A DNA stretch of 60,000 bases, taken from NCBI GenBank assembly GCA_051294905.1, contig CM119371.1, positions 8,992,001 through 9,052,000 of the forward strand. The letters are read 5' to 3'. This stretch comes from Botryllus schlosseri (Eukaryota). The notes under the pieces are model-generated. The model saw only the letters and a list, made by a program, of their open reading frames with translations, was not told the origin of the DNA and did not search any database. The translations under genes were made by a program, and so were the position numbers. This document shows positions 1 through 12,563 of the stretch, in pieces (position 1 is the stretch's first letter; every line of letters starts with the position of its first letter).

Positions 1-2
1 CA

Positions 3-1027
3 AAACCATCTTCTTCGCATCAGAATAAACCGGTTGAATATTGTCTTATAGCGTCGAAGCAACCAGGACACCATCAACAAGCCAACGTTTTAACTGAACC
101 TACCGGGGAAAATCCCGCGAGACGATCTTCGAGAATTACAAGGCCGCCTCAACGATTTATAGAGCAATATTGATCATACACAGGTTTCAAGATCTGTGGC
201 AGAATAATCCCTTAACCTGTTGTATACCTTGGGAGTAGTCTACCTCCCTGGTGACTCTGTCTGTTAAGTTTAAATGCCCTGCTCTTGCTCACGTTGCAAG
301 GGTAGTGTCACCTTGTATATATTGTTATTGATGTTGTATTGTGGATGCGTTGTCACTTAGGCTTACCATATTTTGGAAATCTAAAAAGAGGACACTTTTC
401 AGAAATTTGAGACTTGCAAAACCGGAGAAGAATTCTCAAAAACCGGTGAATTTCTCCCACTTTGTAATCGGTTGACTAAAAAAAAGGTCATCTTTCCGCT
501 CAGAGCTCAAAATACCGTTTTTCTCTCCGCATTGCTAGGTGGTTGACTAAAAAAAAAAGTCATCTATTCGCTCAGAGCTAAAATCACCGTTTTTCACTCC
601 GAAATACCCGCCGAAGCGTCACTTCTATGCTAATTTACGGTATATCACTCGCAATTTGCTCTAAATCTGACCTAAATTTTCAAAAAAGAGAACAAAATCT
701 CAAAAAAGAGGACAAAAGGGCGTCCTCCGAGGACACTTTCAAAAATGTCAAAAAAGAGGACAAATCCTCTTAAAAGAGGACGTATGGTAACCCTATTGTC
801 ACTTGTATATTATGTAAGTAGTGTCGATGTCTCTCCCTCTTAAAAAGGGAGATGTGGTGTTATGATATGCTTGATTGACCCCGCGATGAGTTCCGAGTTT
901 GTTTTGATAACAGACATGCATGTGGTTTGCTGAGGAAATACACTTCGAGTTCGGCTTGTAAAGGTATCTGTCTAAGTAGTCAGTCTTACAGCTAGAAGCT
1001 CGGTGATAATACTACAGCATTATAACA
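3..1027 (+). mobile_element. 3' end of a Gypsy-like LTR retrotransposon: pol/integrase C-terminus (3-173), 3' UTR, polypurine tract (842-852) and 3' LTR (853-1027)
   Basis: Open frame 3-173 ends ...ENPARRSSRITRPPQRFIEQY*, the RRSxRxxxPPxR motif typical of Gypsy integrase tails. The purine run aaaaagggaga is followed immediately by a 175-bp TGT...ACA segment. Confidence 0.7.
358..795. mobile_element. hAT-type MITE (family TAGG(C/G)TTACCATA) inserted in the Gypsy 3' UTR
   Basis: TIRs taggcttaccata / tatggtaacccta. Perfect 8-bp TSD ttgtcact (350-357, 796-803). Subterminal AAAAGAGGAC repeats. Other copies at 14556-15009 and partially at ~6830-7102. Confidence 0.9.
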
Positions 1028-1318
1028 GTGTCTAGCAATATGTAGAGCAAACATTTATTTGGTGTGCGGATGACACGTCATCTGGCTAATAACCTAAATT
1101 ATGCTGGCATTAATCCTTGCTAGGTGCGAAAAAAAGTTTCAAATTGAAGAAATATATTTCGATATGTTCTTACTTTATATAAAATTTAACAACACAACTA
1201 GTGTGGCACCCTATTCAACTTTTCTATAGTGGGGGTTGAGGTGCGTCTTATGCGGACCAGACTGTTCTCTCAGTATTTGCCTCATTAATTTCCACCTTCT
1301 CATCAGTTGGTGTTGCAG

Positions 1319-2496
1319 ATAACGAAAATGGAAAAGAAGAACCGTCCGTTGTGATGGAGCAAGATCAACCAGCAATTATACCATGTGCCAGTGGAACCAG
1401 GCGTGTTAGAGAGACCGGATTACAGCTGAAGAAATATGATTCTATGGCGAAGCAAACATCAAGATCACGTGAGTTTGTTCAATATTTAGTATTTAGGGTT
1501 TTTCGTAGAATATTCAGTATCGTGTGATTCCCGTTCCTTTACCCAAATCTAGTTATCATCATTTCATTTTACATTGAAACCGGCGGAAACCACTGGAAAT
1601 CAAGTGCATGGTTACCAATGGTGGATTATCCACATTTTCTATGCACGGCGTGAGGTGCATTGTAAATAAATGTGTGGATAGCCGTTGGGTTCTTCAGATT
1701 TCCGCAATAGGTTCGGGCGCAAATCACGCCATCTCCACTTTCTGATTGAATATGTATCGTTTTCACTATCATTGCTGTAGGTGAAAACGAGCAGCACATA
1801 CCTATCTTCATCGATTGGGGTATGATGCATCTTATATCTTAAATGGTTCTGTACCGATAGAAAAGGTTATCTGTTTTCACCCGGGCTCTGGTGGATATCG
1901 ATAAAATGTCGATAAAATTCATGATGTCCAATTTAATTCAAGCTCACAACAAACCAAAAATGACGTAAAGAAATGAAATGAAAAATACCAATACCTTTGA
2001 CATAAAATGATATTTTGATTTCAGTTCAAAGTTTGTGATTGTATACTTATCAACAATGAAGCGACCAGAGTCTCAACAAATGACAGTGATGCATTATAAC
2101 ACTTTATAAATTCTTTCACCGATTTGTTGCGAAGAATATCCTACGTATACCAGCATTTAGGTATAATGAAAACCAAGTGTGTACTAGCTAGTAGTATCTG
2201 AATTCCGATTCCAACATTCTAATAGGTCGCCATTCAAAGATGACCCGCTGCCGACTCGGGCGTAGAGCTAGGCGCCGGCGAAATATGAAGATCTACATAG
2301 AATTGGAACAGCTGCAATCTCTTGCTACGCCATAATACTGAATGTCACTGGATTGATTTTGCTGTCGAATGCCGTTGTCGTTGATATAACGTTCAACATT
2401 TTACGTGGAGGTTGTCAGCGCGTCGTGTTTCTTAGTATCGTCCCCAACATACGTGTGTTGTGTTTCTGGGTTTATATAGTGACTGAAATGCTATAG
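1319..2496 (+). pseudogene. Copy 0 of the tandem 2-TM gene family: short middle coding exon 1319-1468 and frameshifted terminal exon from 2226
   Basis: Same splice junctions as the other copies (ttgcag|ATAACGAAAAT...TCAC|gtgagt; tag|GTCGCCATTCAAAG). The 150-nt exon is open (DNENGKEEPSVVMEQDQPAI...QLKKYDSMAKQTSRS). The terminal exon hits TAA at 2333-2335 while the TM-like sequence continues in another frame. The first coding exon is not in the window. Confidence 0.7.
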
Positions 2497-3665
2497 ATGT
2501 ACGAGATAATAAAAAAAAGATATAGTCGGTTTTCGGATGTCATGGCGAAACAATCGTAACAGCTGTAGTACAATTCGAGCGTGCGATTTAGTGTTACACG
2601 TTTTGTAACCGTATCACCATTGATCAGAATCTTCTGGAATTCAAAGTGATATGCCTCGGATGACCATGCTTTCTTAATGCCCCTTGTTCATTGTTCAGTT
2701 AGGCGCGGAATGATGGAAATGGCTTTCTGGGTCATATAGGAATTCCGCTTCATTTGCACATTCAGTTCTTTAAAGAAGTGGGCGCCGCAGAAAATGGGGC
2801 AACAGTGGACATGATGTCGTAGGCTAGTTTTCATAGGAAGCCAGCGTTTTATATATGTATATGGCCTTGAGATCTCATAGCAAAATTCATTCATTCATTC
2901 CAACAAAAATTCATCAATTATCCAAAATTTTCGTCGAGCTTTGTGCGAAATATACCGTGTACCGACAATTAAATGTAGTGTTTCCACGGATGTAGTGTCT
3001 ACTTTGTTCCATCTTAAATGCGGTTTTTTTACGCTTCATCCACGTATCTTTAGAGAGCGTGATTGAACTGTGGCAAAATCTCCCTTAACACAGTTCGATC
3101 ACAGTGGAGGAAATGATTTGCTAGCAGCTCACTGCGTCTCGAAGTCTGGAGGAGTGGTTCTGTACCACTTTTGAGTGTGAGAGCAATTTGTACAGTAGAC
3201 ATTATATGAAGCTTCCTGACCAGAATGATTGAATAATCATCCTTGTTTACGAGAGCTACGAAATACAACGTCACCAAATCGGGAGATGTACACCAGATAG
3301 GGATGAGCCCGTACCCAACAGTTGTTGTATGAACCTTGATTTGATCCCGAAATAGTGCATACAATTATTAGATTGTTAATTAGTCCGAGTGGTCATTGGT
3401 CGTAATTCAAGAGCGAGATATTCCAATAGCCATGTCCAAACCCATAAAAATGGCCCGCACTTCGACCTGCCCACCATCGTCCTTGGTACAGAACTTAAAA
3501 TATGTGGGGCACCAAACCATGAAAATTTCCGAGAGCGCTGCTGGGAATAAAAAAAAGTTCAGAACAACAGCTTTGAAGTATAAAACAAACAAATACGCAC
3601 TATAGAAATATGTTTTTTTTTGTGGTAATTAATTGGAAAGGTGCTTTTGTCGAACATTAATTGTA

Positions 3666-4627
3666 GGGGAGATGTGGTACCGATGGATCAAAAATTGCAA
3701 AATGATCTCTTGCCCTCAAATCTTCAGCCGAGAATGGCAGATCTTTTGCTGTCTCAACACTTCGATACAAGCTCTACCTATCGCGGACATTTACATGAAT
3801 ATTCGCCTTCTCAAAAAATATTTATAAACGTTTAAAATTTGTTGCTCGAACGTGTCATCGGTCCTCACCCGGTGGGTCCAACGGCACACAACCATGGGAC
3901 CTATGAGACATACGCTCAAAAACTAAAATTTGTTAACTTGTTTTGTTGTGTACTATATGCTAAGCTACAGCAACCCAATGAAGAATGTTTCGTCGCGACC
4001 TTCAAGAATAAAATAGATTATATCAACTGAAATATTGGCATAAAATCATGTTTTGATATACGCCTAAACTTACAAAATTAATGCGACATACATATTACCC
4101 ACAAATCGACATTTTGACTTTCAAATAACTCGTAATAGCGATAAAACACCACAGGTACCTATGATTTACAGCCTATATATATGTAGGCGAGTTTCTGTTG
4201 TTAAGTGATTAGTTGGCCCATCTATTTTGCTTCATTTGGCTATGGTACCATAGGTCCCCCACCCCATAAATATCGTAATTGACTTGAAAATAGTCCACTC
4301 GAGGATGGTATTGATTAAAAAAATATGTGCCATTATATACCCTGATATAAGCCCTATACTTCACAGCAAAAATTATGGCGGGTTTGTTAGTCTGGAAGGT
4401 GATATAGAAAAATGCAAATGTCGATCCAAATTTACTTTATACCCCCTAAAACGTAAATCATTCGTCACAGACCCCATAACTCACGCAGGTTGCATTTTTT
4501 TGCCTGTGAGGGAAGATTCTGTCAGCATGTAACGATAGACAAATTCACGGAGTGTAATCATGGAATTATCATGGAGAATTTTTCAAGTATTTTCGGTCCC
4601 AGTGATCCATCGGTACCACATTTCCCC
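3666..4627 (+). mobile_element. ~960-bp non-autonomous DNA transposon (TIR GGGGAGATGTGGTACCGATGGATC, TA-flanked), copy 1
   Basis: ~24-bp TIRs at both ends flanked by TA. Homologous along its length to 5507-6466 in the opposite orientation. Confidence 0.85.
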
Positions 4628-5506
4628 TACAATACATATTTCATCCTCGCTCTAAGCATACGCTACGCTAAGCTGAGGTTGCGAGAAACGTGAAAAGAAG
4701 AGGTATGTTCACGAAACTGATATTCTTATAATGCCATGTGACTGTCTGATTGCTGCTATGGCGTGATAACGGTTCGTGGAAGATAGGTTTGTAGTGGATT
4801 GATATGCCGGGCAAACCCTAAATAGGTTCGATTTCGAAGATAGCGTGTCATGGAAACTTTTCAACCTGCAGCCAGTCGGATTACACCGTTATAACTGCAT
4901 ACCCGATCGCCTGGTGCCTTCTCAGAGCAGGAATATATGTCGGGAATACACAATTCATTGGCTCGTAAATATGTATTGTATATATCGTTATCAAGGATTT
5001 ATACCAGCAGTGGGGATAGCCATGAGAGATTCTGCTCTTTTGATTACGATCGGTTTCTAGACATCGAAGAAAACAATCCGTTCTATTCACTGCGCATTCC
5101 CCGAACTGCAGTACGATAAGATTCCACAGTACTCTGACAGAAAAACGTTTCATCAAGTATAACTATATAATGTAAATTCTGAAAGCCGTTTTATTGTGTA
5201 CCAAATAAAATTTTGTTTTACACATAAATACAATGACCTGAAGTAAATCCAAGTCTTTCGTACACTTTATTTCACGAATAATCTTGATCGTAGGTCGGTT
5301 GGTCTTGGATTCCCTACGACCAACACCACACGCTTAGATGCGGATCTCCGTATTGGACATGTGGTGAGATATCTATTTGTAGCGGTAGTTCCTAACCTTT
5401 TTTCTTCCGGCGACCCCGTTCAAAAATTTCCTTGGTGTTGCGTCCCCATATTTTAAGTATGTACTTATAGAAATTGAGGTAGGCCTCGAAGTCCTGATAT
5501 GTGGTA

Positions 5507-6466
5507 GGGGATATGTGGTACCGATGGATCAATGGGACCGAAAATACTTTGAAAATTCTCTATGATAATTCCATGATTACACTCCATGAACTTGTCTACA
5601 GTTGCATGCTGGCAAAATCATTCCTCACATACACAAAAATACGACGTGCGCGAGCTATGGGGTCTCTCACACATGTTTTTTGTTTTTGGGGGTGTAAACT
5701 AAATTTAAATCGACATATACATTTTTCTTCGTAACCTTCAACACGAACAAACCAGCAATCATTTTTTTGTGAAGTGTAGGGCTTGTATCTGGCTATATAA
5801 TGGCACCTATGATTTTTTTCAGTACCTTTCTTGGATGGAATTTTATCGATTCATGCATAAAATTCGTAGGGTGGGGACCGATGATACAATAGCCAAATCA
5901 AGCACAATAATCAAGCATACTAATCATGAAACAAGTGAAACATGCCTACGTACAGAAAATCTTCATGTAATAATTGCATATGATGTTTTATCGCTATAAC
6001 GAGGTATTTGGAAGTCACACTGTCGATTTTCGGGCAATATGTATGTACCCTCAAATTTATAAGTTCGAGCCTGAATCGAAACGTGATTCTATGACAGCAT
6101 TTGAGTTAATATTTATTCTATTTTTTGACGGTTGCGACCAAACATTCTTCTTTGGCTTGCTGTAGCTTAGATTATAATACTGAGCAAGAAAAGTTGTCAC
6201 GTTTGAGTTTTTTAGGGTATATGTGTCATAGGTCCCCGGGTCGTGTGCCGTTGGACCCACCGGGTGGGGACCGATGATACGTTCGAGAATCAAATTTTGA
6301 ACGTCCATAGATATTTTTTGAAAAGACAGATATTCATGTATATGTGCGCGATAGGTAGAGCTTGTATCAAAGTGCTGAGCCAGCAAAAGATCTGATGTTT
6401 TCGGCTGAACATTTTGGGGCCAGCGATCATTTTCCAATTTTTGATCCATCGGTACCACATCTCCCC
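5507..6466 (-). mobile_element. Copy 2 of the same ~960-bp non-autonomous DNA transposon, inverted relative to copy 1
   Basis: Same TIRs and TA flanks. The shared ORF-track peptides at 3641/3839 and 6057-6458 reflect the homology. Confidence 0.85.
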
Positions 6467-8099
6467 TACATTTCGGGTGTGGACTTGGTTATCCGAAATA
6501 TGTCGCGCGGAATCGCGGCTGCTGATCTCTCGGCTAATTAACGATCTAATATTTGTATAAAATATTCAAAATTAAGAACGGTCTTGGTTTGAGCCTAATG
6601 TATTCTCAACTGAACATCTGTTATATACATTTACTAAGATTGAATTTAGTTGGGTAAAATCGGGGGAATACTGCACCTAGTTCTTAGTCGTAACTTTTAT
6701 GTAGCCTACATCTTCTCCAAACAGATGAATCCATAAATAACTGGCATGTGAGGTTGTGGATTACAACACCGAACAGTATCATTATTTATGGTTAGATCTT
6801 AGATGACGAAATGCACTGAACTTAGAATACCGGAGGACAATCTTGCAAAAATTGTAAATTTTACCCACTTCGTGGTCGGCTGACTAAATAAAAAGGTAAA
6901 CTTTTTCACCCAGCGCCCTTCACATTTTCATTTTAACTTTCCGGCTCAGCTACCAAAATTTTCGCCGAAGCCTTACTTCAGTGCTGATTTACTGTATCTC
7001 AGTACAATTTGGCACTATATTTAACCAAACTTCTCAAAAAAGAGAACAAAATCTCGAAGAGGAGGACATTTAGGCGTCCGCGGAGGACGTATGGTAACCC
7101 TACTACTGTACAAATGGATTAAATAAGGTTTGAAAACTGCAAAAATCATAACTTCACTCTCACACTGTTTTACTTCCACACCTTGTATACAAGGGCAACT
7201 CTCCCAGATTTCGACACGCGTAGTGTAAACTACTATATTTGTCTAGTTCGGAACATGTAGTTGAGAAAACCCCTATCTAGTCCGCTGGAACTGTGCTTAC
7301 GCGGACTTTACGATCGGAAAGTACACGTAAGAAGCGCGTAATCCACATTTCACATTAATTATAATAGCCACTCCGTTTGTGGAAACATATTGGGTGCACT
7401 ATGGGTAATATCTTTCGCGTAAATCGCGACTAATCATTTGATAAATTTTGTATAAATTTGCGACGAGAACACGGGCATATACAGAACTATATAGTTCTTC
7501 TATGTAGCTATATATCCTCATGTCAAATACCACACCATCTATACAACTAAGACGATTTTCGTCACCGCTCCCGCATAGTCCCAGTGCCCACCTTCGTCTT
7601 TCACGAATGCTTTTGTTCCCTATAAAATCCAATTTGGCTCCTCGGGGGCAGGGCTCTGGACACTCTGGAGTCACAGTTAATAACCACCAGAGGTGGTCAA
7701 AGTAGTCAAGGAAGCTACTTAAGTAGAAGAAGAAGTAGCGACGAAAAAATCTACTCAAGTACGAGTAGAAGTACTTCTTTCATAAGCAACCTAAAACTAC
7801 TTGAAGTAGAAGTAGAATTTACTGACTTTAAAAGTACTCAAGTAAGTAAGTAGTTGTGAAAACGATCCTAATTCGTATTGATGCGTACCAGCAGGTATCA
7901 AATTTTCGGTAGCATATGCATTCGTCCACATCATAGGATAAAAATGATAGTATTATTACGGAAATGCAATACGTATCCTCTGTTTTCTCGAACAGCACGT
8001 TTTAGAAAATAGCATGGTATGACGCCATCTCCCATATTATAAGGTTCGTAGTTTAGTCGAAGAGCAATACGTAGAAGTTGTATTGGATACGGTGTAAAC

Positions 8100-10061
8100 C
8101 AGTGGTTCCCAACCTTTTTCGGTGGCAGGCCAAATTTAGAATTTCAGAGTACGGTCAGGGCCGCACGAATACCAGGGCAATGAAAGGAACCCATAATAGT
8201 CACCAAAATATGGAAATTCGCGTTGCTCCGATCATTCGCTTGACGACATTGGCCATTGTGTTGCCGCGCTCCCGTTGTTCAGAACAATCAATCTTTGCTG
8301 GCTATTTCGGAGTAGTTTTATTGCACTGGCGAGATTTCAATTCGTATTTTTGGAATTAGTGCGACACCTGCTTTCGATAAACACCGACATATCAGATTAT
8401 TCGGACGCTTGGGTCGCGGGCTGTAGGACTAACAATTATGCTGCTTTTTGCCGGCTAGGCAGTACGCATCTCGGCGTATAGAATCGTGGGTCACTTGTTG
8501 CACATCTATCCGTAAATTAGTTATCAATACCTAGGGCCGTAACAGCACTTCGTCATTCCCCACCCAAACGTTGCTCTTGGGACCCCATAGGATGATAATC
8601 CGAACTTCGAAGCCCCCAAGACCCCCCAGGCTAGATGGCTGTTTACCGCTATTTATCATCTTAATCGGGTGTCTAGTTTAGGCAGCCCCTGTCGACTAAT
8701 CCGCGCGAAGCGCGAAAAATTTCTATAATTCATGATTGAATCGGTCAATATAATCAGGAATTGCATATATATTGGTATCAATTTTTTTCCTCGCTCTGCT
8801 TACGTAATCAGATTGACCGGTTGAGCCTAGTGAGTTGTGTTGGAAAAGGTAGGACCACTCAATAATAAGTAAACATCTTTGGGCGTATACCCGTTGGCAG
8901 GAACGAAACAGCACTTTGTCCGGCCCCTCAAAACACTTAGGTCTTGAGCTCCCATAGGGCGATAAACCGATCCCCCGTCCTGTTGTTCGCTTCTGCCACG
9001 AAATCAGGATCACCGTTTAGTGAGCCAGCGTGGAGCGCGAAAATTTCGATAATTCAAAATAAAATATGTCAATGAGATCGAGAATTGCGTATATATTGCT
9101 ATCAATTACTTGTCCCCTCTGCTCAGTGCTCACGTAATCAGATTTACCGGTAGAGCTGAATGAGGTGTCTTGGAAACTGTAGGGCCCGTAAATAATAATG
9201 AAACTTATTCGGACAGGCGGACCCGTTGGTACGACTTCGTTACATGATGTTATTTCGTGACCTCCAGTCTGCTATATCAAAAAATATAGAATCGCCCAAA
9301 CGTACTAACCTATAAAAGATGCACACGACTTCAAATTGGTAGTTCTTCACTGGCCTATAATTCTTCCCTGCGGGATGGTAGCCTATTTGTCTCGTGAGGT
9401 TAAGATTGTCATTTAGGCGCCTGTGGTCAATTATACCTGTATGTATTTTGTATATACATAACGAAGTTTACGGTCAGCGTAAGGGCAGTCCTTTTCGGTC
9501 AAGGTTTTCTCGCTGTCGATCGTTCCGGCACACTTCTTGGAGTCGCATGTTACATGCCCTAAAACTTTATATGTCTTCGTGCGTCGTGGCGCGGTAATGG
9601 CCAACGACGATATGCCCACTTTTATATATCTTGCGTATTTTATCTTGGTGGAAGAGTACCCAATAGTTAAGGTACTTGGAAACTTGAAATCGCGCGCAGG
9701 GCGAAAATTTTTTGAAAAAGTTGCATAAAACTTCATAAAATACTCTATAATGCATGCTAATTCACTAAATAATTTTTGGCCCCCTTCGAGCTCGCTCCCC
9801 CAATTGAGGGGCTTGAGGTGCGGCAGTTACGGTCTTGTCAATACCTATATCTATACCAATATCTATAGGTACTGCTCGTTCAACTGGAAAGTTAGGGCAC
9901 ATTGCATTGAAACAGCAGTGACATAATCTTAGCAGTCTACTCGCCACTTTCCTGCAATCCTAATTGAAAACTCCAACCAAGCAAGAGTATTTTATAAATA
10001 TAAATTTTTTTTTATATCGATTTCTCAATATTTTTGTGGGGGCAGCGGTTGGGAATCACTG
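8100..10061. mobile_element. hAT-Charlie-like MITE (TIR CAGTGGTTCCCAAC) nested in 7688-10892
   Basis: TSD gtgtaaac on both sides (8092-8099, 10062-10069), fitting the NTNTANAN target preference of Charlie-type hATs. Confidence 0.9.
8532..9837. mobile_element. hAT-type MITE (TIR AGGGCCGTAAC) nested in 8100-10061
   Basis: tagggccgtaac...gttacggtcttg with TSD tcaatacc (8524-8531, 9838-9845). Confidence 0.85.
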
Positions 10062-11070
10062 GTGTAAACACTCTGCGCGATTAGTAAACGTTATTAAAAA
10101 TGCCATATTGTGTAGCTATATTTCCGGAAATTAAAGGCATTACTACACTTGCTTTTATACTTCAACATGTATTTTATCCAGAAAAAAGAACTGATATTAA
10201 TTTTAATTCAAAGTATATGATACTGGGAATTGAAAATAAAACATAAATACTACTTCTAAAAGCGGAACACGTTTTCATGCCTTCAGTCCAGAAAGTTTCA
10301 AAGGCGGTATGCTAAAACAGCATTTAAACTAACAAAAAAGTCTGAGTCCACTTTTCCAGGTTAGGACGTGCCATGGACATGCTAGATTACGATATGACAA
10401 GTACATGATAGATTGCGAAACATCAGTTTCAAACGATATGATGAGCCATATACTGTGATGAATTATTTCATATGGGCGAAGGGCGACAATGTGGTGTGAA
10501 TGCAGGGATATTTATTTCTAGATATCCCTGTGTGAACGTAATCACGCCAACCCGCTACCTTACTTTCGTGAAATCATACTGGAAACGCCGCATCCACTGC
10601 GCGCGAAGCGCGACGAAAATTCTGGACTTTACTCAACTTTTATGAAAATTAAATGTTGATGCTCCGTGAAAACAGCCCCGAAATTCCTCAGGCTATCTTC
10701 CTGATTGGAAGATTGAACTACTTCTACTTGACAAACTGAAAATAACGAAAAGTAAGTAAGTAGGTCACAAAATATTACGAACTAGAAGTAGAAGTAGCGA
10801 AAATCAGATCTACTTGAGTAAGTACCAGAAGTAGAGGAAAACTACTTGAGTACTTCGAAAAAGTAGAAGTACTTCGTTACTGACCACCTCTGATAACCAC
10901 TGATTTATAGCGACCAGTTTGACAAAAAGCGTGCTAAAATTATAGTTTCCACCCTAATATTTGTTGCGATCAGTACATTTCCTCTCCGTTAGTAAGGCAT
11001 ATTCCGCCATTCACGTAATACATTGATGACCTATATGCTGTTTTCGCCGCTGCCACCATACCCCCTACAC

Positions 11071-11825
11071 CAGGGGTGGCAACCTTATTGCCATTCACGG
11101 CCGCATTTCGACTACTAATGTATCTCAAGGCCACATTCCAGGTCATAGTCGTAATTAACTAGCTGGATGCCCAATGCCCATGTTAGAGTGTCTATGTCCA
11201 TTTCTGGTGAAGTCCGGACTAATCTATTTATTCATATAGGCGTGCTATACGCACCGAAATCGCGAGTGGTCACTGGTTAGGTCATGAGACTGTATATTGT
11301 CGCGCGAAGCGCGAAAAAATTTTTCAGATATACTAATGAATTTCGTGATTAATATAAGTAGTTTTACATATTACTATCAAATATCTATCCTTTTTCGGCC
11401 GGTAGAGTTGATGGAGGGGATGTTTTCGATAATTTAGGGTAAATTGTAAATGATTGTTATTGCCAATTGTTATTATATTCACTTTGTTTCATGCTGTAAC
11501 TTCTCGACCTCTCATCAAGATTGTCGGTGTAGTGAGGAGTACAACATTCCTAGTTTGTATTTCTATATGGGATGCATCATTTTCATCTGCTGTTCCAATC
11601 TGTAATGCGGGACTCTAATTGCAAAGGGCCCTACTATATTAAATTCAAAAATGAAGTCACATTGAATCGCGTGCAGCGCAAAGGAAATTTCAAGATTAAA
11701 TAAAATCTATCAAGAAATCGGGAGTCAATTAGTAAATTCAAATTGCAGTCGACGGCCGCCAATACATACTAATTGAACTACGTGTCCACGGCCGCACAAA
11801 TTTCCTTCTACGGCCGCAGGTCGAC
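11071..11825 (+). mobile_element. hAT-Charlie-like MITE with degraded right end, related to 54685-55211
   Basis: Starts caggggtggcaacc, has cggccgca subterminal motifs, is absent from unit B, and is reverse-complement homologous to 54685-55211. Confidence 0.7.
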
Positions 11826-11863
11826 ATCCTATATTGAGTGCGCCAGCTATCTAATGTAACTAT

Positions 11864-12563
11864 TGGGGATAATGTGAACGAGAGGTTCACTTTCGCGTTC
11901 TGGGTGTGAACATCAGAAATTTAGAGGTTCAGGTTCACAAACGAACCTTGGTAGGTTCTGCATTGTGAACCTTTTTTCATGTACTACAACATCTTTGGTT
12001 GAAATTCTTTGCATTTCAACCTTGTACCACTCTGTGCATGGCTCTGGCGGCATAAAACAATCAGCACTACGAGTATGCACCTTGCCAATCTCAAAACGTT
12101 TACTTGCTTTGTCACAAAAGTTTGCTTGAAATATCTAGCTTTCCGTTTAGAATATTTAGTGACTCTCTGCTGTGAGCTTGACCTGCAATCACACAACATC
12201 AAGAGCGAAATACGAGATATGTAGATAGTTACTGAATGATTCTTATTCGGCCAAGCAATGTAATTTATATAAAGAATTCATCATTGATCTAGCCGGCGTA
12301 CTGGATCCGAGTATAGAACGCACGGAAAGTATACAATATCAATGTAGCAAATACTCAGACGCCGAATACATTGTTAGGTCTGGACTAGACTGTCACGGCG
12401 CAAGCTTATGTTCCCCTGCAAGTCAGCATGTACTTCAGCATTGTAGCATAATATGGCCTGAGTCGGCGTTAGGATGTACAGTACATTAATATATCAATTC
12501 ACTGAAATGTAGGGTTGGAATCAGCAATAGGTTCGCATTCGCGTTCACACATCACCATCGCCA
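11864..12563 (-). mobile_element. hAT-type MITE with GGTTC/GAACC subterminal repeats (family of 23949-26803)
   Basis: Degenerate TSD gtaactat/gtaacaat. Empty site in unit B (~29780). Inverted homology to 23949-24400 and 26256-26803. Confidence 0.8.

Larger units (their letters stand above)
7688..10892. mobile_element. hAT-type non-autonomous element (TIR CAGAGGTGGTCA) with AAGTAG subterminal repeats; hosts two nested elements
   Basis: Perfect 8-bp TSD ataaccac (7680-7687, 10893-10900). Empty site in unit B at ~29524. Confidence 0.9.

Noticed and set aside
6057..6458. 133-aa ORF conserved with 3641-4030
   Set aside because: The similarity reflects two copies of a non-autonomous element. The frame is broken in the other copy and there is no transposase motif.
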